Assembly (NCBI GenBank): GCA_963772365.1
Contig: CAVYXA010000006.1
Coordinates: forward strand, 1-64,000
DNA length: 64,000 nucleotides
Reading direction: 5' to 3'
Origin: an uncultured Verrucomicrobiae bacterium
GTDB lineage: Bacteria; Verrucomicrobiota; Verrucomicrobiia; Chthoniobacterales; UBA10450
In this document: piece after piece, positions 29,051 through 37,394 of the stretch
Numbering within the stretch: the first letter of the stretch is position 1
Layout of the letters: every line of letters starts with the position of its first letter
Program-made: the position numbers and the translations under genes
Notes under the pieces: generated by a model
Seen by the model: the letters and a program-made list of their open reading frames with translations, nothing else
What the model was told of the DNA's origin: nothing
The model's database searches: none

Positions 29051-31987
29051 CTATCGAGCCAGCAACTGCCGTAACACGAACGGCAAAATCCCGCCGTGCT
29101 TGTAGTAATCGATCTCGATCGGCGTATCGATGCGTAATTTCACCGGCACCGATTTCTTTTGGCCAGCGTTACTTTCGATCTCCAGCGTTACTTCCTGACC
29201 CGGTTGGATTTTGTCGGATAAGCCGGTGATCGAGAAACGTTTCCGAGCCGTCGAGTCCAAGCGATTGAGGATTGGTTCCCTCAGCGAACTGCAATGGCAA
29301 CACGCCCATTCCAACGAGGTTCGATCGATGAATCCGCTCGAAACTCGCCGCGACACAGCTTTCACACCCAACAGGCGCGTGCCTTTCGCAGCCCAATCGC
29401 GCGATGAACCGGTTCCGTATTCATGACCGGCGAGAATGACCAGAGGAGGTTTTCGTTTCTTGTATTTCATCGCTGCATCGAAGATCGACATCTGCTCGCC
29501 CTGTTGAAGGGGCCGCTGTCTCAGCGGCAGACGCAGATTTGCCGGCGGAGGGCACGGCGGCCTCTACAGGAAAATATTTCGTAACGCCACCTTCGGTTCC
29601 GGGCACCATCAGATTCTTGATCCGGACATTGGCGAATGTGCCGCGTGTCATTACCAGATCGTTCCCCCGGCGCGAACCGTAGCTGTTAAAATCCTGCGGC
29701 TGAACTCCGCGCGAAATCAAATATTGCCCCGCCGGCGATGTCGCTTTGATCGCGCCCGCCGGCGAAATGTGATCGGTCGTGACCGAGTCGCCGAAAATCC
29801 CCAGCGCTCTCGCGCCGATGATATTGTCGATCTTGCCAACTTCCATCGAGAAATCTTTGAAGAACGGCGGCTCGTGAATGTAATCGCTCTTTTCGTCCCA
29901 CTGATAAACTTCGCCGGTGCTCGACGGGATTTCGTTCCATTTCGGGTTTTGCTCGGCGAAATCGCGATAGAGCTTCCGGAAAATTTCCGGCTTAAGCGCG
30001 GATTGCATGGCTTCGCGGATTTCTTTCAAGTTCGGCCAGAGATCGCGGAGGAATGTATCCTTTCCATCCTTGTCCTTTCCGATCGGCTCTTTGGTGAGAT
30101 CGATATCGACGCGTCCCGCTAATGCGAACGCGACCACAAGCGGGGGCGACATGAGAAAGTTCGCTTTGATATTTTGATGCACGCGCGCTTCGAAGTTGCG
30201 ATTGCCAGAAAGCACGGAGGCCGCAATGAGATCGTTCTTATTGATCGCCTCTTCGATTCGCGGATGCAGCGGCCCGGAATTACCGATGCAAGTCGTGCAG
30301 CCATAACCGACCAAATTGAACCCGAGCTGATCGAGATATTTTTGCAGCCCAGTTTTGTTCAAATAATCGGAAACCACGCGCGAGCCGGGCGCGAGGGAAG
30401 TTTTCACCGCCGGATCGACATGCAGTCCGCGCTCCACTGCTTTTTTCGCGAGCAGTCCGGCTGCGAGCATCACGCTCGGATTACTGGTATTTGTACAACT
30501 CGTAATGGCGGCGATCAGCACGCTGCCGTGGCCGATTCGGCTTTGACCATGATGAAAGGGATCGGCAGCCGCGGTTTCGATTTCGCTTGCCGTATCCGGC
30601 GTCGGTCGGTTGGAAATCATTTCCAGCTTGTTCCGTGCTTCGCCCGTGTCGATATCCTCCAATCGCGTATCCGTTGAAGGCATGTCGCCGTCTTGCGGCG
30701 CCTGCCATTCAACTGGACCGGATATTTCGCGCTAAGATCGACATCGGCCTTTCCGTAACCGCCGTCTTTCACCGATTTTTTCATCAAGTCGCGAAAGGCG
30801 GTCCCGAGCTCGGGCAGGTTGATCCGATCCTGCGGTCGCTTCGGTCCGGCTACGCCCGGCTGCACATCGCCGAGGTTTAATTCCAGATCGACGCTGTAAT
30901 CGATTTCGCCTTTGCGCGGCATCCCGAACATTTTCTGAGCGCGGAAATAATTCTCGAACCCCGCGCATTGTTCATCGGATCGTCCGGTCGCTCGCAAGTA
31001 CGCGACTGATTCTTTATCGACAGGGAAAAATCCCATCGTCGCGCCGTATTCAGGCGACATGTTTCCGATGGTTGCCCGATCGGGAACTGGAAGGGATGCC
31101 GCACCTTCGCCGTAGAACTCGACAAACTTGCCGACCACTTTTTGCGCTCGCAGCATTTGAGTGATGTGCAGGACGAGATCGGTCGCGGTCACGCCTTCGC
31201 GCAATTGCCCGCTCAAGTGCACGCCAACGACTTCCGGTGTCAAAAAATAAACCGGCTGGCCTAACATGCCCGCTTCCGCTTCGATGCCTCCTACGCCCCA
31301 ACCGACCACGCCGAGCCCGTTGATCATCGTCGTATGCGAGTCGGTCCCCACGAGCGTGTCGGGGTAGAAGATGTTTGATGTTTGGTCTTTGATGTTTGAT
31401 GTGGTTGAGAGAACACCTTTCGCCAGGTACTCGAGGTTTACCTGGTGCACGATGCCGATGCCGGGCGGAATGAGTTGAAAGGTGCTGAAGGCCTGTTGAC
31501 CCCATTTCAAAAATTGATAGCGCTCCCGATTGCGTTTGAATTCCATTTCCAGATTCAATTGCAACGCGCGCGCCGAGCCAAAGAAATCGACTTGCACGGA
31601 GTGATCGACAATGAGATCGACCGGCACCAGCGGCTCAATGATTTTTGGATCGCCCCCGACACGTTTTACTGCGCTACGCATCGCCGCAAGATCGACAACC
31701 AGCGGCACGCCAGTGAAATCTTGGAGCACGATCCGCGCAACCACGAAAGGGATTTCTTCGTTAGCCGGCTTCTTGGCATTCCAGTTCGCCAGCGTCTCGA
31801 CATCTTTGCGCCGAATTCTTTTCCCATCGCAGTTTCGCAACACCGATTCGAGCACGATCCGAATGCTGACCGGCAACCGCGAAATTTTACCGATTCCTTG
31901 TTCCTCGAGCGCCGGCAATGAATGCAGAAACCCTTCGCGGCCGTTTCCGGCATCGAATTTCTTCAGAGTATTGAATTCGTCCGTCAT
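29051..31987 (-). CDS. acnA: aconitate hydratase A (several probable assembly frameshifts at about 30690, 29500, 29460, 29350, 29260)
   Basis: [50 protein letters not shown] spread over ORFs 30617-32044, 29421-30683 and 29051-29491. Confidence 0.93.
29500..29570. repeat. GTAG-type palindrome inside acnA coding sequence
   Basis: GGCCGCTGTCTCAGCGGCA...TGCCGGCGGAGGGCACGGCGGCCTCTACAGG. Confidence 0.8.
31370..31402. repeat. heptamer tandem repeat (GATGTTT)n inside acnA
   Basis: GATGTTT GATGTTT GGTCTTT GATGTTT GATGT encodes [11 protein letters not shown]. Confidence 0.75.
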
Positions 31988-32074
31988 TCTGAGCGTAGCG
32001 AAGCGGAGTCGAAGAATCCCGTGGCAATGCCTAGGGTCGTGCAACGGGAGGTCTCGACTTCGCTCGACATGACA
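31983..32074. repeat. GTCAT...ATGAC REP-like inverted repeat overlapping the acnA start codon
   Basis: GTCATTCTGAGCGTAGCGAAGCGGAGTCGAAGAATCCC ... TCGACTTCGCTCGACATGACA. Confidence 0.8.
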
Positions 32075-32078
32075 GTAG

Positions 32079-32573
32079 TTAGTTCAATTCCGCCAGCTTC
32101 GCTTTGATTTTGTCGAAATTCGGCAACTGCGTCGGATCATCGCTGCTCTCGGCGTATTGGATCACGCCTTTTTTATCGACGATGAACGCGGAGCGTTTGG
32201 CCACGCCACTCATGCCGAGATTTTTTTGCGGAAGAAATGCATCGTAGGCGACGCCGTAATCACGAGCGACTTTGTGTTCGTAATCGCTCAGCAGCGGCAC
32301 GGTGATATTTTCTTTTTTTGCCCAGGCTTCTTGCGCAAACGGGTTATCGCCGCTGATCCCATACACCGCGGCGTTGAGACCGATGTAAGCGTCGAAGTTC
32401 TGGCTGACGTCGCACATTTCGGTCGTGCAGACGCCGGTGAACGCCATCGGGAAAAAAAGCAGCACGGTATTTTTGCTGACGAAATTCTCGCTCAGCTTGA
32501 TCTGCTTTGGGCCCTCCGGGGTTTTGGTAGGCAATGAGAAATCTGGCGCTTTGGTTCCAACTGCAAGTGGCAT
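32079..32573 (-). CDS. peroxiredoxin (AhpC/TSA redoxin)
   Basis: [15 protein letters not shown]. Confidence 0.9.
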   Translation of the reverse strand: MPLAVGTKAPDFSLPTKTPEGPKQIKLSENFVSKNTVLLFFPMAFTGVCTTEMCDVSQNFDAYIGLNAAVYGISGDNPFAQEAWAKKENITVPLLSDYEHKVARDYGVAYDAFLPQKNLGMSGVAKRSAFIVDKKGVIQYAESSDDPTQLPNFDKIKAKLAELN

Positions 32574-32656
32574 GATTGATCCTCCGGGTTGAGTTTAACG
32601 GGGGGAATTCACTATAGGATCGACAGCTTCTCGGTCAAAAGGTTTGCGTCGAATTT

Positions 32657-32730
32657 AGCCCAGGTTAACACGGATTTTCACAGACAATTTTGAAGGAACA
32701 TCTGTGTTTCATCTGTGTTCATCCGTGGCT
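32657..32730. repeat. imperfect inverted repeat built of (ATCTGTGTTC)-like units
   Basis: AACACGGATTTTCACAGA ... TCTGTGTTTCATCTGTGTTCATCCGTGGCT. Confidence 0.55.
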
Positions 32731-32745
32731 TACGATGCCTTTTCA

Positions 32746-33234
32746 ATGGAACTCTTCTGGTGGCTCGTCACGATCGTGTTTTTCGCCGTGGGCCTGATCG
32801 GCACCGTGCTGCCATTTTTGCCCGGCACGACCATTATTCTAGCTGCCGCAATCGTGCATCGCATCATGATAGGTCCTACAAAGAGCGTAAGCTGGGCAGT
32901 GATCGCTGTCCTGGTCCTGCTCACACTAGCGAGTTATGTGATCGATTTTCTCGCCGGCTATTTCGGAGCAAAATATTTTGGAGCCAGCGGTTGGGGAAAA
33001 TTTGGCGCCATCGCCGGCGCAATCATCGGAATCTTTTTCGGTTTGATTGGGTTGTTTGTCGGCCCGGTGATCGGCGCCATTGCCGGTGAATTCATTGCCG
33101 GTAAGAAAATGATCGACGCGGGACGCGCCGGCTGGGGCAGTTTACTGGGGAATCTCGCCGGCATGGTGAGCAAACTGCTCATCGGTCTTGCAATGATCGT
33201 AATTTTTTTCCTGACGGTACCGGCGCCCTTTTAG
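32746..33234 (+). CDS. DUF456 family membrane protein
   Basis: GLIGTVLPFLPGT, GAKYFGASGWG, GPVIGAIAGE. Confidence 0.85.
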   Translation: MELFWWLVTIVFFAVGLIGTVLPFLPGTTIILAAAIVHRIMIGPTKSVSWAVIAVLVLLTLASYVIDFLAGYFGAKYFGASGWGKFGAIAGAIIGIFFGLIGLFVGPVIGAIAGEFIAGKKMIDAGRAGWGSLLGNLAGMVSKLLIGLAMIVIFFLTVPAPF

Positions 33235-33241
33235 TTCAGGT

Positions 33242-33889
33242 GTGACAGAGCAATCAAACAAAGAACACGAGTTGGAGCCTATTCGAGGCTTGATCGAGAG
33301 ACGGCAGATGTATCAAGCCGTGCTCGCGCGTGTGGCGTTGATTGGCGGGACATTGTCGATCCTAACCGCTGCCCTGATTTATCTAAACAACGAGGTCAAG
33401 CGATTCCTGGATCGCCCAATCCAGGCGCGTAATTTTGCTTTTGCCTGGATCGATGTGCTGCTGCTCACGGCGATTGCCGCAGTGTTCTTCCTGGTGCGCG
33501 GATCGCGCACCAATGGCGACGGAATGGCTGCGGCCCGGCAGCGGCTTACTTTGCGAACAATTGCACCGTTCTGCCTGATTCCGGCTACGTTCACAGCATG
33601 GTTTTTCGCTACCGGGTACCTCGGCGCAGCCGAGCTTGATCTGGTCACGATTTGGATTTGTTCGTACGGATTAATGCTGCTCTCGACGTCATTTTTTGCG
33701 CCGCGTTCAGTCGAACTTCTCGGCTGGGCATCACTTCTGAGCGGTCTGGCCATTCCGTTAATGGCAGACAAGATCGACAACTGGGCTGGCAGCGTTCCAA
33801 CAATCCTTATGGGAACTGTCTTCGGCATTTACCACCTCGTGTTTGCCGCGTTGAACTGGGCGCGGAAATCGGTGTCCGCGCAGCAGTAA
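33242..33889 (+). CDS. hypothetical multi-pass membrane protein
   Basis: About six TM segments; FGIYHL near the C-terminus. Confidence 0.7.
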   Translation: MTEQSNKEHELEPIRGLIERRQMYQAVLARVALIGGTLSILTAALIYLNNEVKRFLDRPIQARNFAFAWIDVLLLTAIAAVFFLVRGSRTNGDGMAAARQRLTLRTIAPFCLIPATFTAWFFATGYLGAAELDLVTIWICSYGLMLLSTSFFAPRSVELLGWASLLSGLAIPLMADKIDNWAGSVPTILMGTVFGIYHLVFAALNWARKSVSAQQ

Positions 33890-33936
33890 CGGCGAAATCG
33901 CTGATGGATTGGTTTGCGAACTGCTCCAAAAAAGGA

Positions 33937-34182
33937 GTGCGCACATTCATTATTGTTCTGATCATTGCCGGGCTCGGTTATTTGTTTCTGGTTCAGAAAC
34001 AGCATCAAGCGTCACCGGAGGCCAAACCACCGGGGATCGAGTCGAACACGACGCCGGAACTGCTGACGCCGGCGCCCAGAGGTCAGGCGTCGAAATACAA
34101 CTTCATGAAACGCGCTCTTGACCGCGCTGCGGACGTTAGAGATCAGGCGCGCGCCCGGACCCAGGATGCACAGAATCCTTGA
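33937..34182 (+). CDS. hypothetical protein with N-terminal TM
   Basis: TM then NFMKRALDRA; start uncertain. Confidence 0.5.
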   Translation: MRTFIIVLIIAGLGYLFLVQKQHQASPEAKPPGIESNTTPELLTPAPRGQASKYNFMKRALDRAADVRDQARARTQDAQNP

Positions 34183-34228
34183 AGCCAGTCGGACTTTCGG
34201 ATTGTCGATCCTGTGATAGATTATTCGC

Positions 34229-34686
34229 CGATGGCAGATGATCGCCGGTGAATCGCAAGGTTCGCTGGAGGAAAGTCCGAACACCATACGGCAGCATGCC
34301 GCGTAGAATACGCGGGCGCCGCGGTTGAAAAATCGCGGCGACGGAAAGTGTCACAGAAAACAGACCGCCGGTTCTTTGAAACAGGAGACTGTAGGGGAAG
34401 CTGACAGCTTCCCTTCAAAAGCAGGCAAGGGTGAAAAGGCGAGGTAAGAGCTCACCGCTCGCGGAGTAATTCGCGAGGCACGAAAAACCCCCTGCGGTGC
34501 AAGACAAAACAGAGGAAGGACAGCCGGTCCGAGAAAGATCCTCGGGTATCGTCGCATCACGATGACTGTAGCGGCGGTCTATGACCGTCGACGGTGGTTA
34601 TCGGGCGGCTCGCAAAAGCGAGTTGAGATAAATGATCATCCTCCCGAAGAAATTCGGGACGACAGAATTCGGCTTATCGCCATCGA
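34229..34686 (+). ncRNA. rnpB: RNase P RNA (bacterial class A)
   Basis: GAGGAAAGTCCG, AGTGTCACAGAAAACAGACCGCC, AGGGTGAAAAGGCGAGGTAAGAGC, ACAGAATTCGGCTTAT; P1 CGATGGC/GCCATCG. Confidence 0.97.
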
Positions 34687-34692
34687 TAATAT

Positions 34693-34732
34693 GAAGGGCG
34701 CTTTCGGAAACGAAGGCGCCCTTCGCTTTTTT
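34693..34732 (+). terminator. rnpB intrinsic terminator
   Basis: GAAGGGCGCTTTCG-GAAA-CGAAGGCGCCCTTC followed by GCTTTTTT. Confidence 0.85.
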
Positions 34733-34791
34733 GGTGTGGGAATGTCATGAGTATTGCTCTGATAGCTGCTCTGCGGTATTTTACGCGTGTC

Positions 34792-35052
34792 ATGCCTGCG
34801 ACATTGGATGCTCCGAAGATTGCGGATCGATTGGAAAAGGCGCTTCGCGTGCAATCGGAGATCGATAAGCTACGCCGTAAGCTAGCGACACCGTTTGCAG
34901 GTGTGCCCAAAAATCTGCTCACTCGCAATCGCTATGGCCTGAACGCAGCCGAAATGGGCCAGATCGCGCGAAATCTACATGCCAGAGCGAAAGAAAAGAT
35001 CGCGTCCCGACGGAGTAAAGAGTTCCGCGGGTCGATCGAAGAAATCTTATAG
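34792..35052 (+). CDS. small hypothetical protein, probable antitoxin
   Basis: 86 aa; overlaps the start of a RelE-superfamily toxin gene. Confidence 0.55.
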   Translation: MPATLDAPKIADRLEKALRVQSEIDKLRRKLATPFAGVPKNLLTRNRYGLNAAEMGQIARNLHARAKEKIASRRSKEFRGSIEEIL

Positions 35053-35343
35053 CGTTCGGCTCGACGAGGATCTTTTGGCGGAACTCCGTCAGTGGCCAAA
35101 AACGGACCGTAAGCGCGTTGGAGAGATCATTCGGCGTGTGGAAGAAAATTCGGTCGACCTCATCTGCACTCGGGAGTGGGTATTCGCGACCTTTCACCCG
35201 GCCGCAAGCAGCTTCACGTCTACGAATGTCGCGTTAGCCGGCCATTGCGGCTGATATTCACACTGGAGCCGCAGTCACTTCTTTATTTTCATATGATCGG
35301 GACGCACGACGAAGTGCAGAAATTCCTAAGATCATTTCGCTAG
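34979..35343 (+). CDS. RelE/YafQ-superfamily toxin (1-nt frameshift near 35150; start uncertain)
   Basis: Joined reading ...RVEENFGRPHLHSGVGIRDL...VYECRVSRPLRLIF...HMIGTHDEVQKFL. Confidence 0.7.
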
Positions 35344-35550
35344 CCGACTTAACACATTCTCAAACGGAATCGTTTTTTCGTGGCGGCGACCGGCGATCAC
35401 GCCCAAATCGTGCAGGTCTTCCAGCAGCTCTTCGTATTCTTCGATTGGAAGAATAACCGCTTTTTTTTTGCCATTTTTCACGACGTATTCCGCCGCCGAT
35501 TCGCGCTCTCTCATCTCAAGCACGTTAGCGCCGGGCTTTCGCCGCGCCAA
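35332..35550 (-). CDS. orphan Phd/YefM-like antitoxin, possibly 5'-truncated
   Basis: YVVKNGKKKAVILPIEEYEELLEDLHDL motif. Confidence 0.65.
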   Translation of the reverse strand: MARRKPGANVLEMRERESAAEYVVKNGKKKAVILPIEEYEELLEDLHDLGVIAGRRHEKTIPFENVLSRLAK

Positions 35551-35564
35551 CTCTCCACTCGTTC

Positions 35565-35635
35565 ACGGAATTCGGGTTATCGCCATCTAAATATGAAGGT
35601 ATCAAGGACGCTTTCGGAAAGGCGCCCTTCGCTTT
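35565..35635 (+). repeat. degenerate direct copy of the rnpB 3' end plus terminator
   Basis: ACGGAATTCGGGTTATCGCCATCTAAATATGAAGG...CGCTTTCGGAAAGGCGCCCTTCGCTTT versus 34662-34729. Confidence 0.85.
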
Positions 35636-36137
35636 ATCTTAAGACTTCGTGATCAATGACCTCGAATTTGTAATTAGACGTTTGTTTGTTCGGAAAGATT
35701 ACAAGATTTAGACCATTGCATCTAGCCGACGGGACCAGCATGCCGTCATGACCAAGCCACTCGACCGCGCCCCCAATTCGTTGGCAACTGGCATGGTCCA
35801 TTGAAACGAATGTGTTTTTGTCGATAGAAAATTGCTGAAGGACGCTCCACGCAGACAGATCAAGAACACAGCTCAAAGAAACTGCAATCCTGTAGATTTT
35901 TCGTTCGGACGAGGGCCGCAATGGTTGCAAACTTATCTGATAGTCCGCTTCTGCAATCGCAACGATGCGTTCAAGGCTTGTGTAGATCGCAGAAACGCCT
36001 TCGGGGTTCCACCGCGCTCCATTGACGTTTTCCTTTTCAGGCGATGTTCGGCCAAAGCGATGACGATAGACCGTGCCTTCCCAATTTATCGGGTCGAAGG
36101 ACTCTAACAGCCTGACGGTTTCTCGATCGACAACCAC
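35634..36137 (-). CDS. RES-domain toxin (NAD+-phosphorylase family)
   Basis: VYR, GARWNP, IYTS...AIAE, GMLVPSAR...NLVIF. Confidence 0.9.
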   Translation of the reverse strand: MVVDRETVRLLESFDPINWEGTVYRHRFGRTSPEKENVNGARWNPEGVSAIYTSLERIVAIAEADYQISLQPLRPSSERKIYRIAVSLSCVLDLSAWSVLQQFSIDKNTFVSMDHASCQRIGGAVEWLGHDGMLVPSARCNGLNLVIFPNKQTSNYKFEVIDHEVLR

Positions 36138-36139
36138 AC

Positions 36140-36475
36140 TTACACGTAGGCCCCATCTTTCAATTGAGCGATAATTCGGAGAACAGCACTAATGTCGCCG
36201 CGCTGAATAGCGTCTACTGGTCTCGCGCCATTAAGCATTTTGTGCGGCGAGAAAAGCCAGAGGTGCGCCTCCTGTGGTTTATACAATTCTGCCAATTCAC
36301 CGATGAGCCACCCAAGACTTAGAAGGCTGTCGCGAAGTCTCGGCTGAGGTTCGGCTTTGCCGACACGCCAACGCGAAATTGTTTCGGGAGTCGTGTTAAG
36401 CAACTGCGCCACTTCACGCGCACTCATGCCAGAAGAGGTTTCAATGTGTTCTATTTTCTTAGCGAGAGCGTTCAT
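36140..36475 (-). CDS. Xre/MbcA/ParS-type antitoxin (HTH + DUF2384-like)
   Basis: VAQLLNTTPETISRW; WLFSPHKMLNGARP...DGAYV. Confidence 0.88.
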   Translation of the reverse strand: MNALAKKIEHIETSSGMSAREVAQLLNTTPETISRWRVGKAEPQPRLRDSLLSLGWLIGELAELYKPQEAHLWLFSPHKMLNGARPVDAIQRGDISAVLRIIAQLKDGAYV

Positions 36476-36484
36476 ACATTCATC

Positions 36485-37323
36485 CTATGCGGTTGCGCGA
36501 ACCCTGACGATTCGCCTCTCTAAGGGCTGGGAAACGCTTGGTTGTTCATTACGACTCATCTCGCCAAGAGTTGCGCGCCAGCCATCAAGTCTGCGTCTAT
36601 TTCTTTCCAACTTTGTTTTGATTATTTCGGACAAACCGGAATGGACAGTCGCACGTCCCATATTGTCCGTAGCGGGTCGAAGAATTTGGTCAAGATAGCC
36701 AGATGAATTCGTAACCACAAGCCTTGAATTGGAAGTCCAGCTAAAGATGCCTTCAAACTGTTCTTTGGGGGATCTCTCGGAAAATCTGTGTCGAAGTAGC
36801 TAAAGGGTAAAAAATCACAGTTTCGGCACCGCCATTTGAGTCAAGATGACGACGCAAACTCAGCGTCAATCGTCGATCGATCTCAAGCCAGGGATCTTTG
36901 AAGCCGGTTTCTAAGAAATGGGTCGGAGCTAAAACCGCATTGACTCGATTCTCGGCGACGAAAGTCGCAATTTTTTCGGTGATCGCTTCAATATTCTTAG
37001 AAGTGAAATCTTGGACAACGTTGGGTCGCGCACCCGCCCAAACCAGATTTGAACGCTTGAATGTCGACCATCGTGGAGTTGCCAGTTCCAGCATCATTGG
37101 ATCTAAAACGGATGTACAAATTACGATTCCAGAGTTCGGACCGAAGGCCTTCTTGAAAGCCGAAGTGCGTCGGCTCAAAAACTGCGCCGACCGCGCCGGA
37201 ATGACCTTCCGACAACAATTGGTCTAAAACCTTGTGATCGCTCCGACCAGGTCGGAAAAACAAACCGAACTGCTCACCGGCGTCCTCAAGTAATTGCAAA
37301 GGAGGGTAGATTGATGGTGGCAT
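36485..37323 (-). pseudogene. disrupted hypothetical gene heading the Xre-RES operon
   Basis: Three consecutive same-strand ORF pieces (36997-37323, 36753-37178, 36485-36718) read as one protein across frameshifts; visibly AT-richer than flanks. Confidence 0.55.
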
Positions 37324-37394
37324 AGAAGTTATCGTTGATGTTTATGCCGACATTATCATTGACAAATACATTGTCAAATCTTTTCCCACTGGGA

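Noticed and set aside
30560..30720. Long extra segment in AcnA (…EMISNRPTP…) as a repeat-derived insertion
   Set aside because: No palindrome or tandem periodicity; it resembles a variable linker found in a subgroup of AcnA proteins.
1850..35160. Frequent frameshifts (about 1860, 3100, 5750, 22250, 24110, 29260-30690, 35150) as programmed frameshifting or mass pseudogenisation
   Set aside because: They hit unrelated genes, including otherwise well-conserved acnA and maf, often near homopolymers or hairpins and without consistent slippery motifs. Long-read indel errors are the simplest explanation.
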